From positions 42,681-106,680 of the forward strand of contig CAWEQH010000009.1 of NCBI GenBank assembly GCA_963811165.1: a DNA stretch of 64,000 nt. The letters run 5' to 3'. Below the pieces are notes generated by a model, which saw only the letters and a program-made list of their open reading frames with translations, did no database searches and was not told the origin of the DNA. The position numbers and the translations under genes are program-made. This DNA comes from an uncultured Nitrospiraceae bacterium. Its GTDB lineage: Bacteria; Nitrospirota; Thermodesulfovibrionia; Thermodesulfovibrionales; UBA6898. How positions within the stretch are numbered: the first letter of the stretch is position 1; every line of letters starts with the position of its first letter. This document shows, piece by piece, positions 38,963-48,869 of the stretch.

Positions 38963-41014
38963 TCAATGGTGATGCCTCATCGACATCGGCTGCCCGAGTA
39001 TATAGGCGTTAATGACCATAAAAAGGACCGCCAAACACGCCATCGGTATGAACGCCCTAAGGGCCTTGTCCCCATAGTATTTCACGGCTATCCTGTAGCC
39101 CGCATAGAGGGAAAAGATGTTCATCACAAGAAAAATACCCATTTGGAGCCAGAATATGGATTCCTGTCCCATTAGCGGCGTTACTGACCAATCAGGGCTT
39201 CCGAATCCGGCGAGGGTATTCGTTAACCTCTCTACGGCAGGGACAATTTCAGGACCTTCCTTGAAAAGGTGGTTGATATTATGGGCAAGATGCATGGAAA
39301 GCCCGACCGGGATAAACATATATGCAAATTGAATGAAAGTGCGTTTCAGAGAAAGCGGGGAGTCCGGGCTTGTAAGTTTCCTTACCGCCAGACTACTTAA
39401 AAATAGAAGGACAGGAGCGATTATGAGAGATCCAACAGTAAAGACGATCAGGAAAGTCGCCTTTTCCCGTGCGGCATGTGAGACTACTCCGAGTGTATCG
39501 AAGGGCAAAATCTTTCCGACTGTGTCCATCCACCCATGCCATGGCTCAACCATTACCCCTGTGACAATTATCGTAATGCCTACGAGCACGATTGCTAGGA
39601 GCGCCTCATCCATATATCCCTTTGAAGATACCCATAGGTCTTTTGCAAAGCTTCTGGTCCGTATGACGATATTGTCCTGCGAACAAGACTTTATGCACTC
39701 GCTGCAGAAATTACAGTAGTTGTTCCGGTCAAGTGTCATAGGCGTCACAAACATAGGGCAAGGATGACTTTTATCGGTACCTTTGATACACTCTTTAACT
39801 TTGTGGCTACGGCAAACATCGAGACACTTGTTCCTGAGTTCTATCGGACTGAACATAGAATATATGCTTATGAGTCCGCCGATAGGGCAGACATACCTGC
39901 AAAACGTCCTGCCTTTAAAAACCACCGCCATTCCGATAGCAGCAGCAAAAAAGCCTAATAGGAGATACGCGGTAAGAGCGGGCTTATTAACGATGCCGCT
40001 ATAACTGTCCCACCACGTGAGACCAAAAAATATCAGACTCGATAGATAGACGTTCCTCAAAGGTTTTGGAAAGTCCTTGTTCCTGCTTATCAGCCGCCCA
40101 ATCCAGTCCTGTATAGCGCCGAATGGGCACATCATACACCATATCCTTCCGACTAAAACGAAGGTGAAGATGATAGCTGCCCACCATATGGTCCACATCA
40201 GCAATGTCGCGATATTCCTGTCCCCCTGCTGGATGTCGAACAGCCCTGCGGCGATTATGATCAAGAATATTAAGAGTACGGGGATTTGGAACACCGGCTG
40301 GAACCAGGCCGACTTGAAAAAAATGCGGAGCCACGGTATGTCGAGTAGGTTAAGTTTTTGGCCGGGTTCCAGTTTGAGAGCCTTCCTTTGATAAAGTATT
40401 ACAGCTCCGAGAAGGCCGCTCAATAAAATGACTCCTATTACAAAAAGCATCCTGTACAGAGGGGCGCGGGATTTCTCCTGATAGGATATCTTGCCGCCAT
40501 ATATAAGAGGTTCAGAAAAGGTCTTTCCTTGAAGGGATTTGACGGCGAGTGTGAACGTATACTCTCCCTTTTCCTGAATGGGATATGCGACCGCAAACAT
40601 CCCCGCCATCTGCTCAGGTTGAAGCTTTTTGAAACTGGAAAGGTCCGCCATCGATGTCATGGACGACATATCCATGGTCTCGCCGAAATCGAGGCCGCTG
40701 CTTTCATTCCCTTTTTCGGATGGTGAAGTCATCTTGTGCGAGGCATGGTTCATAGGCAGATCTTTTTCAAGCTTTATATAGAGTTCGGCGTCATATATGG
40801 GAGATCCGGACATAGGCTCAGTCAAGGATACGACAGCCTTGGGAATTGTTTCCTTTTGATATGTCTCAGGGTCAAGTCTGAACGTTACATTCGCACCATC
40901 TATCCTGAATGAGGTCGCAGTAGCAGCGTGGTCATGACCTTCCATACCGGATGCATAATTCTCCATCACCAATACAAGGAAAAACACTGTGAGAATTGCA
41001 AAAATCTTCTTCAT
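38963..41014 (-). CDS. Membrane 4Fe-4S protein (NosR/RdxA/FtrD-like) with a His/Met-rich periplasmic N-domain
   Basis: GRIWCMMCPFG, FCRYVCPIG and CNFCSECIKSC motifs; MEGHDH and MDMSSMTSM stretches. Confidence 0.85.
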   Translation of the reverse strand: MKKIFAILTVFFLVLVMENYASGMEGHDHAATATSFRIDGANVTFRLDPETYQKETIPKAVVSLTEPMSGSPIYDAELYIKLEKDLPMNHASHKMTSPSEKGNESSGLDFGETMDMSSMTSMADLSSFKKLQPEQMAGMFAVAYPIQEKGEYTFTLAVKSLQGKTFSEPLIYGGKISYQEKSRAPLYRMLFVIGVILLSGLLGAVILYQRKALKLEPGQKLNLLDIPWLRIFFKSAWFQPVFQIPVLLIFLIIIAAGLFDIQQGDRNIATLLMWTIWWAAIIFTFVLVGRIWCMMCPFGAIQDWIGRLISRNKDFPKPLRNVYLSSLIFFGLTWWDSYSGIVNKPALTAYLLLGFFAAAIGMAVVFKGRTFCRYVCPIGGLISIYSMFSPIELRNKCLDVCRSHKVKECIKGTDKSHPCPMFVTPMTLDRNNYCNFCSECIKSCSQDNIVIRTRSFAKDLWVSSKGYMDEALLAIVLVGITIIVTGVMVEPWHGWMDTVGKILPFDTLGVVSHAAREKATFLIVFTVGSLIIAPVLLFLSSLAVRKLTSPDSPLSLKRTFIQFAYMFIPVGLSMHLAHNINHLFKEGPEIVPAVERLTNTLAGFGSPDWSVTPLMGQESIFWLQMGIFLVMNIFSLYAGYRIAVKYYGDKALRAFIPMACLAVLFMVINAYILGQPMSMRHHH

Positions 41015-41586
41015 TTCTTCCTGAACATCTCGTTGATTATGAGAATCCCTCTCCTGGCGCCTGAGGCAATGGCCTGAGCAGATTTCTCTGAACCACGGGG
41101 AGCGTTTATATCAGTCCCCACCTTGAATGATTCTGATGCCTTCTTGCCCTCGAACTGCTTTAGAAACGATTGATCCAGTAGCTTCGGCGATTCCTTATTC
41201 TCGAATATCCGGACCTTCATTAGGTCACCCCTGCCGCTGACCACGACGCCCATCTCGATTTTTCCGCCCTCACCCTGGGCGTCGATAAAGATGATTGCGG
41301 CTGCCTTTTTGGGAGGAGTTTCCGGACGGTCTTTAACTACGGCAAAATATATTGATGGCCTGAGGTCCTCTTGGGGCAACCGTCCGCCGAGAGTTTTTTC
41401 AATGATGGCCCTCTGTTCGTCTGAAACGTAGAGGTTCTTCTGTTCGAATGAAACGGCGCCCGGATAGAGGGCCTTCAGCTTCTCGCCTGGCCAGACAAGG
41501 TCATGGGCGTAAGATAATGAGCTGATTAGGATCAGAGAAACGAGGGCTGCTAAAAAGACTAACAGCAACCGTCTGCTTCGATACAT
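41011..41586 (-). CDS. FMN-binding-fold exported protein
   Basis: GEGGKIEMGVVV..ENKES..FLKQFEGK pattern; the canonical [S/T]GA[S/T] site is absent. Confidence 0.7.
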   Translation of the reverse strand: MYRSRRLLLVFLAALVSLILISSLSYAHDLVWPGEKLKALYPGAVSFEQKNLYVSDEQRAIIEKTLGGRLPQEDLRPSIYFAVVKDRPETPPKKAAAIIFIDAQGEGGKIEMGVVVSGRGDLMKVRIFENKESPKLLDQSFLKQFEGKKASESFKVGTDINAPRGSEKSAQAIASGARRGILIINEMFRKK

Positions 41587-41607
41587 AACTATATATCCAG
41601 TCTCATC

Positions 41608-41997
41608 TTACTGCGCGTCGACGCTGAACCTCATCGTAGCTGTCTTTCCACCACGAAGCGTCTTTACGCTCACATTCCACGAGCCTGACATAGAAAGGTT
41701 CATCTTGGCCTGATAACTACTCCCTTTCAATGAGGCATCGGATTTGTAATTCATTGCCGGCATTCCCGGCATCGAGGGCATGGAGTATTCGACCTTAACC
41801 CTTGCATCGGTAACAGCCCTGCCGGCAGCATCCTTGACTTCGATTGTGATAGTATTGTCGCCGACCACGGGCGGGTTCTTGTCGATCATTGCAGCAACTG
41901 TGTACTCACCGACCTTTTTTGTTACTTCATAGCTCTTCGCATAGGCGATACCTGTCATAAGAAGCAGGACAATTGAAACTAACGCGATCTTTCTCAT
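41608..41997 (-). CDS. YtkA/FixH-like Met-rich periplasmic protein, copy 2
   Basis: Clear paralog of 29588-29977; YSMPSMPGMPAMNY. Confidence 0.85.
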   Translation of the reverse strand: MRKIALVSIVLLLMTGIAYAKSYEVTKKVGEYTVAAMIDKNPPVVGDNTITIEVKDAAGRAVTDARVKVEYSMPSMPGMPAMNYKSDASLKGSSYQAKMNLSMSGSWNVSVKTLRGGKTATMRFSVDAQ

Positions 41998-42163
41998 TTC
42001 TTCTCCTTATTATTCAATCATCATTAAAGCTGGCTCCTGGCGACCTCCCTTCAATTGCGCCATTTTTATAGTTTATATATATCACGTAACTTTGAATAAA
42101 ATATGAAGGAAGTGATCCGGTCACTTGACATTGTGGATAGAAGTTAATTATATTGTGATCATA

Positions 42164-42445
42164 ATGCTAAATAAAAAAGGTCACATACTTTCAGTCGGCA
42201 TCAAGGAACTGAAGGCTAAATTCAGCAGTCATGTGGATAGGGTTTGTCATGGCGAACAGGCTATCATCACCGATCATGGCGAAGAGGTTGCAATGATACT
42301 GCCCATTTCCAGGGAAAGAAGGATAGTCAAATCGCTTGAGGAGTCGGGACTGGCACAGTGGTCAGGTGAAAAGCCGAAGGGCCTCCAAGGGGTCGCCATT
42401 AAGGGAAAACTCTTGTCAGAGACCATCCTTGAAGAACGCCAATGA
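42164..42445 (+). CDS. Phd/YefM family antitoxin
   Basis: VGIKELKAKFS..IITDHGEEVA; start uncertain. Confidence 0.85.
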   Translation: MLNKKGHILSVGIKELKAKFSSHVDRVCHGEQAIITDHGEEVAMILPISRERRIVKSLEESGLAQWSGEKPKGLQGVAIKGKLLSETILEERQ

Positions 42446-42909
42446 TTCTGTATCTGGGCACAAGTAGTCTTGTAAAGCTCTACGTTGATGAACCGTATTC
42501 AGATGTTATACGGGATTGGGCCAAAGTGGCTGAGATGCTCGCAACATGCAGGATCGCCTTTACCGAGGTCATGTCCGCAGTAGATCTGCGATTCAGGAAC
42601 AACGACATGTCGAAGAAAGACTACGACATGTTCATCAAGCAATTTTCTCAGGATTGGGCTCATTTCGTTAAAGTGGATTTCGACGACGTCGAGGCCGGCA
42701 CGTTCATTAAAAAATATGGCTTAACCCGGTTCGGGGCCATTCAGCTTTCCTCTGCGAAGCTTATAAAGGAAGAGCAGCACAAATTATTGCCGCTGTTCAA
42801 GACAACTTACAAAGACCAAAGTGATATATCCCTCTTCTTCTCCTCTTCTGACGAGGCGCTTTGCAAGGCGGCACATACCGAGGGATTAAAGGTCTTGCCC
42901 TTAGGCTGA
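42442..42909 (+). CDS. vapC: VapC/PIN family toxin with a degenerate active site
   Basis: ILYLGTSSLVKLYVDE..AFTE..RFGAIQL..SSDEALCKAA; overlaps the antitoxin stop. Confidence 0.8.
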   Translation: MILYLGTSSLVKLYVDEPYSDVIRDWAKVAEMLATCRIAFTEVMSAVDLRFRNNDMSKKDYDMFIKQFSQDWAHFVKVDFDDVEAGTFIKKYGLTRFGAIQLSSAKLIKEEQHKLLPLFKTTYKDQSDISLFFSSSDEALCKAAHTEGLKVLPLG

Positions 42910-43101
42910 GGACGAATAATATGCTTTCTCGGATATTTGTTCATTCCAACTTTTTAAAAAAAATATATATGAAGCCAATCGAACAGTTACCATGTGTTTT
43001 TGGATAAAATCGGTTCGGGTTCTCTACTATGCTCTTGTGGAGGAAGGCTTCGAAAGGACGCTTACTCTGTTTTATCTATTGGCCGCTGGGAGATTTAATA
43101 A

Positions 43102-44460
43102 ATGAGAAAAAGGGTTCTCGAAGGTTCAGTTTTATTTATCAGTATCAGCAAGTGGATTTTTCTTGCCTCCGTTGCCGGTATTATCGTCGGCTTTTCGACT
43201 GCGATTTTTCTTAAGCTGCTCGGCATCAGTATGGACTTTGCAAAGGGGTATAAATATTACTTCGTACTTTTACCCTTTGCGATGTTCTTAAGTGTCGTTA
43301 TCGTGAAGTATCTTGCACCTGAGGCTGAAGGCCATGGGACCGAAAAGGTAATTGAAGCCGTACACAAACGATCGGGAAAGATAAACCCTCTCGTTGTTCC
43401 CGTCAAATTGCTTGCGACTATCATCACGATCGCCCTTGGAGGATCGGCAGGGAAAGAAGGTCCCTGTGCCCAGATTGGAGCGGGGCTCTCGTCGGTGATG
43501 TCGGACATCCTCAGATTTGACGATAAAGACCGCAGAAGGTTAGTCATATGCGGAATCAGCGCCGGGTTTGCAAGCGTCTTCGGCACCCCTATAGCGGGCG
43601 CTATCTTTGGGGTGGAAGTATTGTTTGTGGGAGGCCTTCTGTATGATGTTCTCCTGCCCTCGTTCGTTGCGGGAATCGTCGGCTACCACGTTTCGTCTTC
43701 TCTTGGCATTACCTACTTTCATCACACACTGAATTTTGTGCCTGTCTTTAGCAGCTTTTTTTTCATCAAGGTATGTCTGGGCGGATTGTTCTTCGGCCTC
43801 TGCTCTTTTTTGTTTATCGAGTTATTGAATTACCTTGAAGCCATAGGCCGTAAGATCGGGATGCCAAAGCCCTATAAAGGCATCCTCGGCGGCGTTATCC
43901 TTGTGGGTTTGACACTGCTTGTTTCTACACGCTACTTAGGTCTGGGGTTGGACACCATCGAGACCGCTCTTGAAGGCGGGCAGATCCCGTGGTCGGCTTC
44001 CTTCATGAAGATGCTCTTCACCTCTGTCACCCTTAATTTCGGGGGCAGCGGAGGCATCGTGACCCCTATTTTTTTTATAGGGGCAACGGCAGGCAACATC
44101 TTTGGTCATGCATTGGGACTCGATCCCGCGGTTTTTGCCGCCATCGGCATGGTAAGCCTTCTGGCGGGGGCCGCGAATACGCCGATCTCGGCAAGCATCA
44201 TGGCGGTCGAGATCTTCGGGCCGGTAGTCGCCCCCTATGCTGCGGTTTCGTGCGTCATCAGTTTCCTGATGACCGGACACAGGAGTGTATATCCGAGCCA
44301 GGTACTATCGATGTCAAAATCATCTTCTATCGCGGTAGAAAAGGGCCATGTGATGTCTGACATGGGAGGAGTCAATGTGACCCCAAGGGAAAAAAGCATT
44401 ACGGGAGGGATAGCAAAGGTGCTGGAAAATATCCGGAAAAAAAGGAAGGGCCCTTCCTGA
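43102..44460 (+). CDS. ClC family chloride channel/antiporter
   Basis: GHGTEKVI, GSAGKEGP, GTPIAG and GGIVTP motifs. Confidence 0.92.
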   Translation: MRKRVLEGSVLFISISKWIFLASVAGIIVGFSTAIFLKLLGISMDFAKGYKYYFVLLPFAMFLSVVIVKYLAPEAEGHGTEKVIEAVHKRSGKINPLVVPVKLLATIITIALGGSAGKEGPCAQIGAGLSSVMSDILRFDDKDRRRLVICGISAGFASVFGTPIAGAIFGVEVLFVGGLLYDVLLPSFVAGIVGYHVSSSLGITYFHHTLNFVPVFSSFFFIKVCLGGLFFGLCSFLFIELLNYLEAIGRKIGMPKPYKGILGGVILVGLTLLVSTRYLGLGLDTIETALEGGQIPWSASFMKMLFTSVTLNFGGSGGIVTPIFFIGATAGNIFGHALGLDPAVFAAIGMVSLLAGAANTPISASIMAVEIFGPVVAPYAAVSCVISFLMTGHRSVYPSQVLSMSKSSSIAVEKGHVMSDMGGVNVTPREKSITGGIAKVLENIRKKRKGPS

Positions 44461-44692
44461 TAATAGAGTAAAGACCCTTCTTTTCCTTTTTTTCCTCTTT
44501 GTGCGTGCCGCTCTTTTCCATTAGTATCTGGCCTTCCTTCGTCATATCCTTGTTGTCCAACATCTATACTGTCTGGAAAAAGAGGTTATGTCATGATACA
44601 GTGTAATAAGAATTTGGCTTAAGTATATCGGCTGAACTTTGTGAAGGCATCCGGAGTTGACCCCAGGACGTTTGTCAAAAAAGGAGGTTCTT

Positions 44693-45754
44693 ATGAAAAG
44701 CTCGCTGAGTAGAAGGGATTTTTTTCGAAGGGCCGGGGTAGGCGCTTTGGGATTAGGGTTCGGCGTTTCTCTTTTTGACGGGATATATGAGTATGCCGAG
44801 GCGGTCACAGAGGAGGAAAAACATGCCCTTCTCATGAAAGGTTCCGTAAATTTTATGGGGTTTGTGGCCAAGGAAATCACCCCAAATGATGAATTCTATA
44901 TCACAACCTACTCCGATAAGGTGCCTGTAGTCGACCCAGGGAGATTCAGTTTAAGGATCGAAGGCCTCGTCGAAAAACCTTATACGCTCTCGCTTAAAGA
45001 TCTCGAAGAGATGAAGGACAAGACGGAGTTTGTCACGCTTGAGTGTATCGGCAATCCGATCGGAGGAGATGCCATCAGCAATGCGCTCTGGGACGGCGTA
45101 ACTTTGAGAAAGATCATAGAGAAATCTGTTCCCAGGAAAGGGATTGTGAAGACCGCATTTTATGCCGAGGATGGTTACAGCGACAGCATCCCCTATTCTT
45201 TGTCTCTTTCAGAAGATGTATTTCTCGCATACAGGATGAATGGGGAGCCCTTACCCAGGAAGCACGGCTATCCTCTGAGGGCGATAGTCCCGGGCATTTA
45301 TGGAATGAAGCACGTCAAATGGCTCTCGAAGATAGAGCTCGTTAATTATGATTTTAAGGGGTACTGGGAAAAAAGGGACTGGTCCGACGAGGCGGTTATT
45401 CCGGACAAGTCGCAAATCCTTATGCCGATGGAGGGAAAGAAGATACCGCTCGGCAATTATGTCATCGGCGGCGTTGCATTTGCCGGACGGTATGGAATAA
45501 GCAAGGTGCAGGTCTCCCTCGACAACAAAAAAACGTGGCACGATGCGGCGTTGAAGCCTCCGCTTTCGAAATGGTCATGGACGCTATGGAGCTACAACTG
45601 GATGCCCTCAAAGGCCGGGGAGTATACGATAACCGTCCGGGGTATCGACAGAGCAGGGAAAGTCCAGGAGTCTTCCTCTCTCTTAGGAAAATTATTCCGG
45701 TCATTCCCTGACGGTGCAAAGGGACTTCACTCGGTTAACGTTACAGTCAGGTAG
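44693..45754 (+). CDS. Tat-exported sulfite-oxidase-family molybdoenzyme
   Basis: SRRDFF; TLECIGN, HGYPLRAIVPGIYGMKHVKW motifs; C-terminal Ig-like dimerisation domain. Confidence 0.9.
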   Translation: MKSSLSRRDFFRRAGVGALGLGFGVSLFDGIYEYAEAVTEEEKHALLMKGSVNFMGFVAKEITPNDEFYITTYSDKVPVVDPGRFSLRIEGLVEKPYTLSLKDLEEMKDKTEFVTLECIGNPIGGDAISNALWDGVTLRKIIEKSVPRKGIVKTAFYAEDGYSDSIPYSLSLSEDVFLAYRMNGEPLPRKHGYPLRAIVPGIYGMKHVKWLSKIELVNYDFKGYWEKRDWSDEAVIPDKSQILMPMEGKKIPLGNYVIGGVAFAGRYGISKVQVSLDNKKTWHDAALKPPLSKWSWTLWSYNWMPSKAGEYTITVRGIDRAGKVQESSSLLGKLFRSFPDGAKGLHSVNVTVR

Positions 45755-45838
45755 GCGGGATAACGACGGGGGAATCCGTCAAGATGTGATGACGCGTTGT
45801 TTCAGCCCGGCCTTGCGCCACATCGGTTATAATTAACC

Positions 45839-47155
45839 ATGTCGAAAGAATTGATCGTAGTCGGAGGCGGGCTTGCGGGTTCCGAGGCTGCATGGCAGGC
45901 GGCACGGAGGGGGATAAAGGTCACCCTCTACGAGATGAGGCCCGGTAAGATGACCGAGGCCCACAAGACGGGGGACCTAGGTGAATTGGTCTGCTCAAAC
46001 TCCCTCAGGTCGAATGATCTCTACACCGCGCCGGGACTTCTGAAACGGGAACTTTCGTTGGCCGGCTCGCTTATTATGGAGGCCGCAGAGTCGTCTGCGG
46101 TTGCGGCCGGTTCGGCGCTTGCCGTAGACAGAAATATCTTTGCCGCATTTATTTCCAGGAGGCTTTTTGATAATCCCGGCATCGAGATCATAAGAGAGGA
46201 GGTCGTTGCACTGCCGGAAAGACCTGCGGTGATCGCTACAGGGCCGCTCACCTCTGAATCGATGGCTGGTTCCCTATCGGCATTACTGGGCGGTGAGCAT
46301 CTCTATTTCTACGACGCCATTGCCCCGATTATCGATACCGAGTCTATCGACTACGAAAAGGTCTTCAGGGCTTCGCGGTACGGCAAGGGCGGCGACGATT
46401 ATATCAACTGCCCGATGAATAAAGAGGAATATGAGGCCTTTTATGATGCCCTTACCGAGGCCGACAGGGTGACGCCCAGGGAGTTTGAAAACCAGAGGGT
46501 CTTTGAGGGGTGTATGCCTATCGAGGTAATGGCGTCGAGGGGAAAGGAGACGATCCGCTTCGGGCCGATGAAGCCGGTCGGTCTCTTAGATCCGAAGACG
46601 GGCAAGGAGCCTTATGCGGTGGTCCAGCTGAGGGCGGAAAATAGGGGATTGACCTCGTATAATATGGTCGGTTTTCAGACGCGTCTGAAATGGCCTGAAC
46701 AAAAGAGGGTGTTCCGGATGATCCCGGGACTCGGGCAGGCTGAGTTTCTGAGGTTCGGCAGCCTTCACCGAAATACGTTCATCAACTCCCCTCTTTTTCT
46801 CAACGGGGACCTCTCGTTTAAAAACAGGGATAATATCTATGTCGCCGGGCAGATATCCGGTGTCGAAGGGTATATCGAATCAACGGCGATGGGACTTATT
46901 GCGGGAATCAACGGGTCCCGCAGGTTGACCGGCAAGGACACAATAACGGTGCCGCCCACGACTGCGCACGGGGCGCTGATACGGCATATCGCCGGATCCG
47001 AGGGCAAGAACTTCCAGCCGAGCAATATCAACTTCGGGCTGTTCAGTATGTCTGACGAAATCCTGAAGATCAGGGACAAGAAAAAGAGGAAGACGGCTGT
47101 TGTCGAGAGGGCGCTTGAGGACTGGGAAGAATACGTAGAGAAGGTGGTTCCGTGA
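45839..47155 (+). CDS. trmFO: tRNA (uracil-5)-methyltransferase TrmFO
   Basis: GGGLAGSEAA, ELVCSNS, FEGCMPIE and AGQISGVEGY motifs. Confidence 0.96.
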   Translation: MSKELIVVGGGLAGSEAAWQAARRGIKVTLYEMRPGKMTEAHKTGDLGELVCSNSLRSNDLYTAPGLLKRELSLAGSLIMEAAESSAVAAGSALAVDRNIFAAFISRRLFDNPGIEIIREEVVALPERPAVIATGPLTSESMAGSLSALLGGEHLYFYDAIAPIIDTESIDYEKVFRASRYGKGGDDYINCPMNKEEYEAFYDALTEADRVTPREFENQRVFEGCMPIEVMASRGKETIRFGPMKPVGLLDPKTGKEPYAVVQLRAENRGLTSYNMVGFQTRLKWPEQKRVFRMIPGLGQAEFLRFGSLHRNTFINSPLFLNGDLSFKNRDNIYVAGQISGVEGYIESTAMGLIAGINGSRRLTGKDTITVPPTTAHGALIRHIAGSEGKNFQPSNINFGLFSMSDEILKIRDKKKRKTAVVERALEDWEEYVEKVVP

Positions 47156-47186
47156 AGGGGAGGGAAAGGGGCAGCCTTTTAGAGAA

Positions 47187-48079
47187 ATGATGTCTGACAT
47201 GAAAGGGCATATCGGCAATTTTCTGAGGTATCTCGACCTCCAAAAAGGGGCCTCGGCCCATACGTTGAGGGCCTACGGGAAGGACCTTGAAGAATTCGAC
47301 GAATTCGTAAAGAAGGGACCCGAAGAGGTCGAGATGATCGACGTGAGGGCGTTTGTCGCCCGGCAGATAAAAAACGGGCTCAACAAGACAACCGCCGGAA
47401 GGAGGCTTGCGGCGGTACGTTCTTTCCTGAAGTATCTTTACCGGGAAGGATATATCAAGGCGAACCCTGCAAAGTTTGTGTCGACCCCAAAGACCCAAAA
47501 ACTCCTCCCGAAGTTTCTGACTGTCGATGAGACTTTTTCTCTCGTCGAACAGCCTAAGGGCATAGGCTTTATGCGGGCAAGGGACAGGGCCATCCTCGAA
47601 CTTCTCTATTCAAGCGGTCTGAGGGTAAGCGAGGTTGCAGGTCTCACCATGGAAGACGTCAATACGAGGGAAGGGTTGGTTAAGGTAAAAGGAAAGGGCA
47701 AGAAGGAGCGTATTCTCCCTGTCGGATCAAAGGCGGTCGACGCAATGAAATCATACCTGGTTGAAAAAATGCTTCTTAAGCGCAGAAACAAGGCCGTATT
47801 CCTAAACAACAGGGGGAAAAACTCTCCGACAGGGGCATACGAAGGATAGTCGTGAAATATGCAAAGCAGGTCGGGATCAGCGGCAGTATAGGTCCTCATA
47901 CGATGAGGCATACCTTCGCATCGCATCTCTTGCAGTCCGGCGCGGACCTCAGGGTGATCCAGGAACTTCTCGGCCATTCCTCACTCTCTACCACGCAAAA
48001 GTATACCCACCTCGATATTACCCATTTGATGGACATCTACGACAAGGCACACCCGCTCTCTTCCAAAGACGAGGATTAG
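47187..48079 (+). CDS. xerC: Tyrosine recombinase XerC, frameshifted at about 47812-47821
   Basis: [28 protein letters not shown] and [15 protein letters not shown] motifs. Adding one base in the G5/A5 run gives [16 protein letters not shown]. Confidence 0.9.
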
Positions 48080-48094
48080 GACAAAATCGTATCG

Positions 48095-48225
48095 TGAGAA
48101 GGAGGCAACCATCTTCTCTCTTATTCTCGCTACGCTCCGAGGCACTTTCTCGCCCGCCGATGGCAAAAACAGGGCGGGGGTGAATACGGGAAAGAGAAGC
48201 CGTTCGAAGATAGTTACCCCCTGCA
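48095..48225. repeat. Structured intergenic repeat, copy 2 of 3
   Basis: Outer stem GGAGGCAACCATCTTC/GAAGATAGTTACCCCC; core TTATTCTCG-CTACG-CTCCGAGGC..GAAGCCGTTC. Confidence 0.75.
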
Positions 48226-48337
48226 TCCGTGCCGGGAAGAGCGCGAAGTATATCAATAGGGTTGGTTAGATCGTATAATGTAATGACATACCCTATCGGC
48301 TTTTTGTAATATAACGGATTACCCAAAAGGAGAAATC

Positions 48338-48868
48338 ATGTTTCACGCTACGACAATACTCTGCATAAGCAGAAAAGGCAAGGTTGCAATAGGCGGTGAC
48401 GGGCAGGTCACTATGGGCAGTACGGTGCTGAAGCACAATGCCAGGAAGATACGAAAGATGTATGGCGACAAGGTGATCGGAGGCTTTGCCGGCGCCACGG
48501 CCGATGCCTTTACTCTGTTCGAAAAATTCGAGGGAAAGCTCGAGTCATACAGGGGCAACATCACGAGGGCGGCTGTGGAACTCGCCAAGGACTGGAGGAC
48601 CGATAAAGTGCTCAGGCGGCTTGAGGCCCTGCTGATCGTTGCGGACAAGGAGCATATCTTTATCATATCGGGAAACGGTGATGTCATCGAGCCCGAAGAA
48701 GGCATCGCTGCAATCGGCTCGGGCGGCCCCTATGCCCAGGCCGCTGCAAAGGCGCTTACTGAAAATACCGATCTGGACGTCACGGAGATACTTCAAAAGG
48801 CGATGAAGATCGCGGCGGGCATCTGCATCTATACGAACGAGAATATCTACATCGAGGAGCTGGCATAG
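48338..48868 (+). CDS. hslV: ATP-dependent protease peptidase subunit
   Basis: [19 protein letters not shown] and AIGSGG motifs. Confidence 0.97.
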   Translation: MFHATTILCISRKGKVAIGGDGQVTMGSTVLKHNARKIRKMYGDKVIGGFAGATADAFTLFEKFEGKLESYRGNITRAAVELAKDWRTDKVLRRLEALLIVADKEHIFIISGNGDVIEPEEGIAAIGSGGPYAQAAAKALTENTDLDVTEILQKAMKIAAGICIYTNENIYIEELA

Positions 48869-48869
48869 C

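Noticed and set aside
42960..44460. Fluoride riboswitch and CLC-F exporter
   Set aside because: No crcB-motif consensus is visible upstream, and the protein has GKEGP/GIVTP rather than GREGT/GEVTP.
47810..47825. xerC split as phase variation
   Set aside because: The G5/A5 run is short and the gene is otherwise intact, which is typical of a homopolymer error.
47187..48079. XerC or the phage integrase as the missing IntI
   Set aside because: Neither shows the IntI-specific insertion, and their contexts (trmFO-hslVU, tRNA) are typical of XerC and a phage integrase.
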